A stretch of DNA of 36,789 bases from Candidatus Margulisiibacteriota bacterium. GTDB taxonomy: Bacteria; Margulisbacteria; WOR-1; XYC2-FULL-46-14; WPAF01. Positions 13,727 through 22,043 of this stretch are shown here, piece by piece. Within the stretch, counting starts at the first letter, position 1. Every line of letters begins with the position of its first letter. The stretch covers positions 1-36,789 of the forward strand of contig JBAZPF010000002.1 of assembly GCA_041648295.1 (NCBI GenBank), written 5' to 3'. The notes below the pieces were generated by a model. The model searched no databases. It was not told the origin of the DNA and saw nothing but the letters and a program-made list of their open reading frames with translations. The translations under genes were made by a program, and so were the position numbers.

Positions 13727-13785
13727 AATAATATGAAATGCCGAACGAAGCGAGGCATACATTCATTCGTCATTAGTCATTAATC
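13727..13785 (+). repeat. Bracketing element, copy B (AATAATATGAAA-ATGCC-GA-ACGAAGC-GA-GGCAT-ACATTCATTCGTCATTAgtcattaATC)
   Basis: Same ordered blocks as copy A. The hairpin lies at 13738-13758 and its closing pair is A-T, versus G-C in copy A. It includes a TCATTNN 7-bp x3 array at 13763-13783. Confidence 0.7.
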
Positions 13786-13800
13786 CCCATCAATGTCTTG
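13785..13800 (+). repeat. Island motif copy 7, internally deleted (ccccat/caatgtcttg; lacks CTTTTGGTGT)
   Basis: It matches both ends of the consensus, with the central 10 bp missing. Confidence 0.6.
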
Positions 13801-13803
13801 CCG

Positions 13804-13832
13804 TTGACAAATATTCGCGGGAATAAGATAAT
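13804..13832 (+). promoter_or_regulatory. Sigma70-like promoter TTGACA-17-GATAAT for the small membrane protein gene
   Basis: TTGACA at 13804-13809 and GATAAT at 13827-13832. SD GGAGG at 13839-13843 lies 8 nt before ATG 13852. Confidence 0.65.
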
Positions 13833-13851
13833 AATTCCGGAGGAAAATGAA

Positions 13852-14022
13852 ATGAAAGACAAAGGATTTTTCGGCGGAGTATACGGGTTGGCTTTTATCG
13901 GCGCTCTGGTTTATTACATTCAGCACTCGACTTCTTTTCTAAACGGCGTGGTTGGAATTCTAAAAGCCTTATTTTGGCCGGCGGTGCTGATGTTCAAAGT
14001 GCTTGAACTCCTGCATATGTAG
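13852..14022 (+). CDS. Small two-helix membrane protein, hypothetical
   Basis: 56 aa from ATG 13852 (MKDKGFFGGVYGLAFIGALVYYIQ...ALFWPAVLMF). The track start is a TTG at 13798, upstream of the promoter -10. Confidence 0.6.
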   Translation: MKDKGFFGGVYGLAFIGALVYYIQHSTSFLNGVVGILKALFWPAVLMFKVLELLHM

Positions 14023-14234
14023 TTTTTCCGCCTGACCTATATGCGGTTTTTATTCCGGGTTCAATCTTCTTCGGACTATTTCCCTGACCGCGTCCCTCTC
14101 CCTCTTGTCGATCGATTTCTCGTTAAACAGTTTATTTAAATCAGGAGCGATCATTATAAGCAGTAAGCGCTTCCCTGCCGCAAAAGGCCAGCAATTTTTC
14201 CTCCGAATAGAACATCAACTTAAAGAATATTTCA

Positions 14235-14243
14235 TGTTATAAT
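14235..14243 (+). promoter_or_regulatory. Extended -10 (TGTTATAAT), 6 nt before ATG 14250: leaderless metH
   Basis: Read directly. Only ttgtcc separates the -10 from the ATG. Confidence 0.6.
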
Positions 14244-14249
14244 TTGTCC

Positions 14250-16694
14250 ATGAACAGCTTTCTTCAAGAATTAAAAAAGAGAATATTGGTCGTAGACGGC
14301 GCCATGGGGACGCTCCTCATGAACGCGGGCGTGCGGCCGGAAGAAGGTTTTGACCTCCAGGTACTAAAAAGACCGGAAATCGTCAAGTCCATCCACAAAT
14401 CCTATATCGATGCCGGCGCGGATATCATCGAAACCTGCACATTCGGCGCTAATCGAATAAAACTCGCCGACTATCTCGCGCAGGATAAAGTTGCCGAAAT
14501 AAATAAAAAGGCGGTCGCATTGGCGAAAGAAGCAGCCAACGGAAAAGCCTTTGTCTGCGGATCAATCGGCCCTCTGGGCAAATTCCTCCGCCCAATGGGC
14601 GAAGTTTCGTTTGATGAAGCGTTTGATACTTTTGCCGAACAGGCCAAAGCGATGGAAGAAGCCGGCGCCGATTGCGTATCGATCGAAACTATTTCCGACT
14701 TGCAGGAAATGAGAGCGGCCGTGATCGCGGTAAAACAAAATACAAAACTTTCCATCATCGCCAGCCTGACTTATGATGAAAATGAGCTGACCGTTTTTGG
14801 GACATCGCCCGAGGCCGCGGTCGTGACGCTTGAAGCGCTTGGGATCGATGTTATCTCCGCCAATTGCTCTACCGGTCCCGAAGGGCTTTTAAAAATAGCA
14901 AAGAGATATCTGGCCGCGACCTCTCTTCCGGTCATGGTCATGCCCAATGCCGGCATGCCGGTCATTGAAGGTGATCGCGCTATTTATAAAATGACACCGG
15001 ATAAGTTTGGAGTGTTCGCCGGCAAGTTCGCCAAGCTTGGAGTTTCGATCATTGGTGGCTGCTGCGGGACGACACCGGAACATATAGCTGCGGTGAAATC
15101 CTCATTGGAACCGCGAGGTTCACTCGCAGGTTCCAATGGACGCCGCGGTTCCTTCGCCTCCCGCAGCAAAGTCATCGAATTAAAACCCGGCAAACTGCTC
15201 GCGATCGGTGAAAAGATAAATCCGACCGGAAAGAAACTGATGCAGGCGGAAATAAAGAATAACCGCTTCGGGATCATAAGGGACGAAGCGGTCGCGCAGA
15301 CCAAAGCCAAAGCCGATTTGCTTGAATGCAATATCAGCGTTCCGGAAGCGGACGATAAGGCCAATATCATGCAGGCGATCGATATTATCTCAAAAGCGTC
15401 AACCCTGCCTTTGTCGATCGACTCTCCTAACCCGTCCGTCCTCGAAGCGGGTCTTAAAGAATTTTGCGGCAGAGCTTTGCTTAATTCGGTTAATGGAAAA
15501 AAAGAAAGCATTGAAAAAGTGATCCCATTGGCAAAAAAGTACGGCGCCTCGATCATTGCCCTTGCGCTTGATGAAAAAGGGATCCCAAAAACGGTAAATG
15601 AAAAAGTCGCTATCGTCAAAAGAATAATTGACGCCGCAATTGAACATGGTATATCAAGGAATTCGATATTTGTCGACGCGCTCGTTATGACCGCAGGGGT
15701 AAGCTTAAACGACAGCCTGGAAACGTTAAAGGCAATCCCGGTCATCAAGGAAAAGTTCGGGGTCAACACCAGTTTGGGCATAAGCAATGTCTCGCATGGT
15801 TTGCCAGACCGGGCAAAAATAAACGCCCTCTATCTCCAGCTCGCCCTGCTCTACGGCCTGGATGCCGCCATTATTGACGTAACCGATAAAGAGATCAAGA
15901 AGGTTTTAAAAGGACAAAAAGAACTGTTAAAAGGCGACCAGAAGAAAAAGATCGAAAAATTTACCGCTTTGCTTAAAAAGGAAGTTGATAAAGCGCGCGC
16001 CCTGCCGAAAATAAAAACGGAAGAAAAACTATCCGTGAGGAAAGCATCCAAATTCACCAGCCTGTCCGACATCAAAAATGCCGTGATCGCGGGAGACGGG
16101 GAAAAGGTCGTTCAACTCGTAACCGAAGCTTTAAATAAAAATCATCCGCCGCAAAAGATAATCGACGCCGCCCTGGTCCCCGGGATGGAGATCGTCGGGG
16201 AAAGATTTTCAAAAAAAATATACTTCCTGCCGCAGGTTTTGGCATCAGCGGAAGCAATGGCCTCCGGGTTCAAACTCTGCAAAGAAAAGATCCCCAAAGA
16301 GAGCATTAAAAATGTCGGAAAGATACTGATCGCCACCGTCCGCGGCGACATTCACGATATCGGGAAAAATATCGTTAAAATGATGCTTGAGAACCATGGA
16401 TTTGAAGTGATCGACCTGGGCAAAGACGTGCCGCCAGAGATCATAATCGAAAGAGCAAAAAAAGAAAAGCCGAACGCCATCGCCCTCTCCGCTCTGCTGA
16501 CGACTACCATGCTTGAGATGAAAGTGGTAAAGCAGGAGCTGGACGCGGCGGGATTGAATATACCGGTCATCATCGGCGGCGCCGTAGTAACAAACGATTA
16601 CGCGGAAAGGATCGGAGCCTCGTACGGATCGGACGCGGCTCGCGCGGTAGCCCTGGCAAAAAAGATAATCAGCCTGCCAGCTGGTGGACGGTAA
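14250..16694 (+). CDS. metH: Cobalamin-dependent methionine synthase, short form (Hcy-MT + pterin-binding + B12-binding domains; no AdoMet reactivation domain)
   Basis: N-terminal homocysteine S-methyltransferase domain (VVDGAMGT..., IIGGCCGTTPEHI), central pterin-binding region, and C-terminal B12 domain with the DxHxxG motif (GDIHDIGKN). The protein ends right after the B12 domain. Confidence 0.9.
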   Translation: MNSFLQELKKRILVVDGAMGTLLMNAGVRPEEGFDLQVLKRPEIVKSIHKSYIDAGADIIETCTFGANRIKLADYLAQDKVAEINKKAVALAKEAANGKAFVCGSIGPLGKFLRPMGEVSFDEAFDTFAEQAKAMEEAGADCVSIETISDLQEMRAAVIAVKQNTKLSIIASLTYDENELTVFGTSPEAAVVTLEALGIDVISANCSTGPEGLLKIAKRYLAATSLPVMVMPNAGMPVIEGDRAIYKMTPDKFGVFAGKFAKLGVSIIGGCCGTTPEHIAAVKSSLEPRGSLAGSNGRRGSFASRSKVIELKPGKLLAIGEKINPTGKKLMQAEIKNNRFGIIRDEAVAQTKAKADLLECNISVPEADDKANIMQAIDIISKASTLPLSIDSPNPSVLEAGLKEFCGRALLNSVNGKKESIEKVIPLAKKYGASIIALALDEKGIPKTVNEKVAIVKRIIDAAIEHGISRNSIFVDALVMTAGVSLNDSLETLKAIPVIKEKFGVNTSLGISNVSHGLPDRAKINALYLQLALLYGLDAAIIDVTDKEIKKVLKGQKELLKGDQKKKIEKFTALLKKEVDKARALPKIKTEEKLSVRKASKFTSLSDIKNAVIAGDGEKVVQLVTEALNKNHPPQKIIDAALVPGMEIVGERFSKKIYFLPQVLASAEAMASGFKLCKEKIPKESIKNVGKILIATVRGDIHDIGKNIVKMMLENHGFEVIDLGKDVPPEIIIERAKKEKPNAIALSALLTTTMLEMKVVKQELDAAGLNIPVIIGGAVVTNDYAERIGASYGSDAARAVALAKKIISLPAGGR

Positions 16695-17727
16695 ACTCGG
16701 AACTTACTCTTCTTAACTCCCCCGCCACTTCAAGCATGCTTTGAGGCCTCATTTCGCTTCGCGGATGGACCATTGCGAACAATAATCTTGCCAGACTGGT
16801 GCTTTTAAATTCTTCCGGGATATTGCTCAATTTGATCAAGTCCTTAACGCTTTTATTGCTGTACTGCCAGACCGCGCGGCAATATTTGTCCTGCCTTGTT
16901 TCCGTAGATTCGCTTCCCTCCCATGGATTTGGCATTGACGGGTGATACATAAGAGGCCTCATACTTGAGATCAGAGCCAGCAGAGCGGCTCCCAGGCCGA
17001 AAATATCAATGCTTACATCGTCGCTTTTTACTAAGCCGAGGGCATGATCGGGAGGGAAAAATCCGGGAGAACCGCAATCTTCGCGAGTGATCTTTGCCCC
17101 TTTAATATTGGCGGAGCCAAAATCAATTATGGACGGCCCGTGATACTGATCAAAAAGAATATTTGCCGGTTTGAGGTCGCGATGAATAATATATGCATCA
17201 TGGACCTCTGCCATGATCAGGCACTCTTCATAAAATATTTCGATCAGGGAACCTACTTCTTCTCTGGTCGGGATGCGCATGGCCCATTTTTCGGCTATAT
17301 CGCAAAGGCGTTCGCCGGGTAGCTTGGGCATGACAAAATAAGGGGCTCTCCTGCTAACGTCCGATTGGCCACTGGCAGATTCGGTAACAGAAACGTCTCC
17401 ACGGGCTAAGACCTTTGGAACAAAAGGATACAAATCCCTAAGATAATGGATCATTATGTTGGCTTCATATTGCAGCCATGGGTCAAAACGCTCGGTAGGC
17501 GATACTTTAACGATTATCTCCTTTATTTCCGATCGGCTAACCGGCGCGATGAATGCCGCCTCCGGAACAAGATAGCCGGTAAAAGTCCCCAACCCCAATA
17601 CCTGGTTAATGACAATGCTGTTATCCTGCTTTTTGCCGACAACGATATAATTGACGCCCGGTTTTAACCCGGCGTTAGTTACCGCTTGAGGCGTTAAAGA
17701 AGCTCTCCCGTTAACCCAAAATCCCAT
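16669..17727 (-). CDS. Eukaryotic-like Ser/Thr protein kinase, atypical N-lobe
   Basis: 352 aa with HRDLKPANILF (catalytic loop) and IIDFGSA (DFG). There is no canonical GxGxxG; GLGTFTG is the nearest match. SD GGAGAG is upstream. The 3' end overlaps the metH 3' end by 26 nt (convergent). Confidence 0.8.
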   Translation of the reverse strand: MGFWVNGRASLTPQAVTNAGLKPGVNYIVVGKKQDNSIVINQVLGLGTFTGYLVPEAAFIAPVSRSEIKEIIVKVSPTERFDPWLQYEANIMIHYLRDLYPFVPKVLARGDVSVTESASGQSDVSRRAPYFVMPKLPGERLCDIAEKWAMRIPTREEVGSLIEIFYEECLIMAEVHDAYIIHRDLKPANILFDQYHGPSIIDFGSANIKGAKITREDCGSPGFFPPDHALGLVKSDDVSIDIFGLGAALLALISSMRPLMYHPSMPNPWEGSESTETRQDKYCRAVWQYSNKSVKDLIKLSNIPEEFKSTSLARLLFAMVHPRSEMRPQSMLEVAGELRRVSSEFTVHQLAG

Positions 17728-17819
17728 TTAGCACTCTCCATATGATTATCCGCTTCGCGAACAAAAGATTTCATCCTTTTATATTTTCGCGCCATGAGCT
17801 ATAATTCATCATAAGGAAC

Positions 17820-19244
17820 ATGAAAATGGGAATAAGACCGACTTCCGGATTTTTTGACTTCTGGACCTCTAGACTTCTGGACTTCTGGACCTTAAAAAAT
17901 AGGTCTAGAGGTCTAGCGGTCAAGCAGTCTAGCTGCCTGGCGGTCATGCTCGGCCTTCTTATCTTACAGTCCGCCTGCCCCGCCCTGACCCTTAAAGAAA
18001 GCATAGATATCGCTTTAAAGGAGAATCCGTCGCTCCAGGCCGCGCAAAAAAAACTTAATGCCGCGGATGCCCGTTTTGCCCAGGCGGTCGGTTCTTTCTT
18101 CCCGACTATAAAAGTTGACGGGAGCATCAGCAGAAACTACCAGCAGCCTTCGACCGTTCAGATCACGAGCCAAACCTCTGCGGGAGCGATCACCCAAAAT
18201 CTGTCGTTTGGCACCGATTCCACGTCAGACATGAAAAGCATAAAAACTTCCTTGAACCAGCCGATCTTTGTCCCTGCCCTTTTCCCGGCTGTAAAGATCG
18301 CCCAAAAAAGCCTGGACCTGGCAAAAGAAGACTTTAAAAAGGCAACGCTTGAAACTTCTTTTAACGCCATCCAGGCTTATTTTAATGTGATAAAAGCTGA
18401 AAAAATGGCAACATTCGCGGAACAATCAAAAGAAATGGCGAATTCTCATCTGGACCAGGTAAAAGCAATGCTTGCCGCCGGCGTCGTCACCCGGGCCGAC
18501 CTGCTCCGAACAGAAGTTCAGTTTGATAATTCCGAAGTCGCTTTGACGCGGGCAAAAAATGCCCTTGAACTGGCAAAGGACGCGTTCAATAACGCTCTCG
18601 GGCGCGACCTGGAAACAGATATTAAGCTCAAGGAAGAAGGCTTTGCCGGCACGGTTTCAAATATTCCCGATTACAAAGACCTTCTTAAGCTGGCGTTTGA
18701 ATACCAGCCCGAATGGAAACAATTTATATTATCGAAACAAATAGGCGAAGAAAATGTCTGGGTAACAAAAACCGGTTACCTGCCAAATGTCTTCCTTTCC
18801 GGCCAGACCGGAAATCAGATCGTGGACTACCCCACATTCAAAACGGACACGAATTCATGGTCGATTATCGGCTCGGCTTCCTGGACGCTGTTTGACGGCC
18901 TCGCCACCCAGAATAAAATAAAAGAAGCGGAAGCCAACCTTGATGCCCAGCAAGCGTCCGAAGAACAGATCAAGAACGGGATCACGCTTCAAGTCCGCGA
19001 CGCTTATTTAAGTCTCACAAGTTCGCTTGATACCATAAATTCCGCAAAAAAAGCGGTCGAATCCGCCGAAGAAAATGAAAAAGTTTCTTCCCTGCGTTTT
19101 GCCTCCGGCGTCGGCACCAACATTGAAGTGCTCGACGCCCAGGTTTCCCTCACTCAGGCAAGGACAAATTACCTGCAATCTCTTTTTGATGTGGAGATTG
19201 CAAAGGCCAAACTTAATAAAGTCGTCGGATGGGAGGTCATTTAA
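17820..19244 (+). CDS. TolC-family outer membrane efflux protein (start ambiguous: ATG 17820, 17826 or 17946)
   Basis: TolC/OEP-like repeats start at LKESIDIALKENPSLQAAQ. The signal/lipobox-like LLILQSAC follows M43. The first 42 codons are encoded by the 8-bp repeat array. TATAAT lies at 17800-17805. Confidence 0.85.
   Translation: MKMGIRPTSGFFDFWTSRLLDFWTLKNRSRGLAVKQSSCLAVMLGLLILQSACPALTLKESIDIALKENPSLQAAQKKLNAADARFAQAVGSFFPTIKVDGSISRNYQQPSTVQITSQTSAGAITQNLSFGTDSTSDMKSIKTSLNQPIFVPALFPAVKIAQKSLDLAKEDFKKATLETSFNAIQAYFNVIKAEKMATFAEQSKEMANSHLDQVKAMLAAGVVTRADLLRTEVQFDNSEVALTRAKNALELAKDAFNNALGRDLETDIKLKEEGFAGTVSNIPDYKDLLKLAFEYQPEWKQFILSKQIGEENVWVTKTGYLPNVFLSGQTGNQIVDYPTFKTDTNSWSIIGSASWTLFDGLATQNKIKEAEANLDAQQASEEQIKNGITLQVRDAYLSLTSSLDTINSAKKAVESAEENEKVSSLRFASGVGTNIEVLDAQVSLTQARTNYLQSLFDVEIAKAKLNKVVGWEVI
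17856..17943. repeat. 8-bp-period array, 11 units (GACTTCTG type, then TCTAGNGG type), inside the 5' end of the TolC-like ORF
   Basis: gacttctg gacctcta gacttctg gacttctg gaccttaa aaaatagg tctagagg tctagcgg tcaagcag tctagctg cctggcgg. Confidence 0.9.
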
Positions 19245-20117
19245 TGGTTAAAAAAGACAGAAAATGGTTATGGATACTTATCGGAATAATTGTTGCCCTG
19301 CTCATTATTTATATCGGCGTCAAATGGTGGAACCGCGACATCATATCCGTAAAAACAGCAACGGTGTTCAGGGGAGAGATCGAAGCGGTCGTTTCTGCCA
19401 GCGGAATTGTTGACGCACCGGTCTACGAATTGAGCCCGAAAATGGGCGGGAAGGTCATGGTAATCAACGTCCGGGAAGGCCAACGGGTTTACGGCGGCCA
19501 AACCCTGGTGGAATTCGACGATACGACCCGGCTGGTCGCGCCGGCCGGCGGGGTTGTCGCCAAAATCAACTACGATCCGGGGGAGACCGCGACACCCGGG
19601 CAACCGGCGGTTGTGGTGGTTAATTACGGCCGCTCGTGGGTCAATGCCCAGATCGATGAGATCGACAGCGCCAATGTCCGGATCGGTGATCGGGTTAAGA
19701 TCACGTCCGATGTTTATCCTGAAAAAGTTTTCGCCGGTGAGATCTATTGGATCGCGCCGTTGGCGGAACTGCGCAAGGTCGGCGGCCGGGTCAAGATGGA
19801 TGAAGAATCATATGTCTTTCCCTGCAAGATACGGTTTCTGGGCAGCCATGACGAGCTGAAGGTCAACATGTCGGTTAACGTTGATATCGCCACCAAGAAG
19901 AACTCGAACGCCTTGATCGTGCCGCGGGAGGCATTGATCAGCAAGGACGACAGCTCTTACATCTTTACGGTCGGCAAGTCCAACCGGGTCAAAGAGACGA
20001 AGATTGAGATAGGAATCCGCTCTTTCAGCAGTATCGAGGCGGTTAGCGGCGTAACTGCCGGTGATCGTGTGGTCGTTACCAATGTCAGCAAGCTTAAGGA
20101 CAAGGGGAGAGTCAAGA

Positions 20118-20128
<11 letters not shown>
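19244..20128 (+). CDS. HlyD/MacA-family periplasmic adaptor
   Basis: N-terminal anchor WLWILIGIIVALLIIYIG with beta-rich lipoyl/barrel-like regions. ATG 19244 overlaps the TolC stop (TAATG), and RBS GGGAGG lies 7 nt upstream. Confidence 0.8.
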
Positions 20129-20849
<721 letters not shown>

Positions 20850-22043
20850 ATGATCAACCTGATCGAGCCGCTCAAGATCTCCTCCGCTTCTCTGCTGGCG
20901 AACCGGACTCGCTCGCTCCTGACAATGCTCGGGGTCATCATCGGTGTCGCCGCAGTCATTACTTTAGTTTCCATGGGAGAAGGCGCGAAAAGCTACATCC
21001 TGGACCAGGTCGGCAGCTGGGGGGTCGGTTCCAACAGCATCACGATCAATCCCGGCAAAGAGAATTCGCACTCGATCGAGATGAACCTGACCTACGCTGA
21101 TGCCCAGGCCTTGCGGCAAAAGGTCAATAATCTCGAGTATCTGATGGCCGAATTTGTCGGTTTGGGGCGGCTGAGCTACGGCAAAAAAGAATATAAGCCC
21201 GGGTTCACGCTCGGCGTGTCGGCCGATTATCCTTTTGCCTACAAACAAGGAGCGGCCGAAGGGCGGTTCTTTACGCACGCCGAGGACGCCGGGCGCAAAC
21301 GGTTGGCGGTCATCGGCAAGACGGTGGCGCGCAATCTCTTTGGCGAGTTCTCGCCGCTCGGCGAGAATATCAAGATCAACGGCATCAGCTTTAAGGTGGT
21401 TGGCGTGCTGGAAGAGAAGGGAACGATGATGACTTACGACATGGACGACATGGTATTAATCCCGTCTACCCTGTCGGAGCTGGTCCTGGGAACCAACAAG
21501 ATCTGGGAGATGTTCATTACGGTAAATAACGAGGACCAGGTGCCGCAGGCCGTTCAGGAGATAAAAAAGATTCTGATTGCGCGCCACCGCAAAGAAGATT
21601 TTCACATCCATACCCAGCAGGGGATGATCGATATCATTAATAATATTTTAAACGCCATGACCGGCATCGTCTCGGCGATCGCGGCCATTTCGCTCCTGGT
21701 CGGCGGGATCGGGATCATGAACATCATGCTGGTCGCCGTCACGGAGCGGACCCGGGAGATCGGCATCCGCAAGGCGATCGGCGCCAAGCAGCGCGACATC
21801 TTCTTCCAGTTCGTTTTTGAGTCGGTCCTGATCACCATGAGCGGGGCGCTGATCGGTATTACCCTTGGCACGCTGGCCGCCTGGGGGATCATGACCTGGC
21901 TTAAGATGTCAGCGGTCGTCGCCTGGGGAGCGGTTTACATGGCCTGCCTGGTCGCCTTTCTGGTCGGGACTTTCTTCGGGGTCTATCCGGCGATGCGCGC
22001 TTCCAAGTTAGACCCGGTCGAAGCTTTGAGGTTTGAGGCATGA
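20850..22043 (+). CDS. MacB-type ABC permease (periplasmic core domain + FtsX), paralog 1
   Basis: 397 aa. N-terminal TM, a large periplasmic domain, and the C-terminal FtsX block LLVGGIGIMNIMLVAVTERTREIGIRKAIGAK. The ATG abuts the ATPase stop. Confidence 0.85.
   Translation: MINLIEPLKISSASLLANRTRSLLTMLGVIIGVAAVITLVSMGEGAKSYILDQVGSWGVGSNSITINPGKENSHSIEMNLTYADAQALRQKVNNLEYLMAEFVGLGRLSYGKKEYKPGFTLGVSADYPFAYKQGAAEGRFFTHAEDAGRKRLAVIGKTVARNLFGEFSPLGENIKINGISFKVVGVLEEKGTMMTYDMDDMVLIPSTLSELVLGTNKIWEMFITVNNEDQVPQAVQEIKKILIARHRKEDFHIHTQQGMIDIINNILNAMTGIVSAIAAISLLVGGIGIMNIMLVAVTERTREIGIRKAIGAKQRDIFFQFVFESVLITMSGALIGITLGTLAAWGIMTWLKMSAVVAWGAVYMACLVAFLVGTFFGVYPAMRASKLDPVEALRFEA

Noticed and set aside
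9184-13783. Interpreting the short repeat arrays as a CRISPR array.
   Set aside because: The periods are 7-9 bp with no spacers, there is no ~28-37-bp repeat/spacer alternation, and there are no cas genes.
9133-13800. Interpreting the boundary motif as classical integron attC sites.
   Set aside because: There are no RYYYAAC / GTTRRRY cores. Only copies 1 and 2 show a two-box hairpin, and at ~45 bp they are shorter than known attC sites. No intI gene is in the window. The cassette-like idea is kept only as a hypothesis for a non-integron system.
14028-14051. A possible intrinsic terminator after the small membrane protein gene (CCGC-11 nt-GCGG-TTTTT).
   Set aside because: The stem is only 4 bp, which is too weak to report as a feature.
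14050-14154. A 34-aa minus-strand ORF (MIAPDLNKLFNEKSIDKRERDAVREIVRRRLNPE) in the spacer before metH.
   Set aside because: It has no convincing SD or -10 at the right distance and is too short to judge. It is recorded only as a possibility.
14023-14249. A riboswitch (cobalamin or SAM) upstream of metH, and likewise a TPP riboswitch upstream of thiC at 1125-1197.
   Set aside because: I see no B12-box or THI-box-like sequence. In both cases a strong extended -10 sits 6 nt from the start codon, which leaves no leader.
14471-16573. Many minus-strand ORFs inside metH (for example 14984-15787 at 267 aa, plus 14471-14758 and 16352-16573).
   Set aside because: They lie entirely antisense to a gene with strong domain signatures. 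Their products are low-complexity Ser/Ala/Ile-rich shadow ORFs with no start signals.
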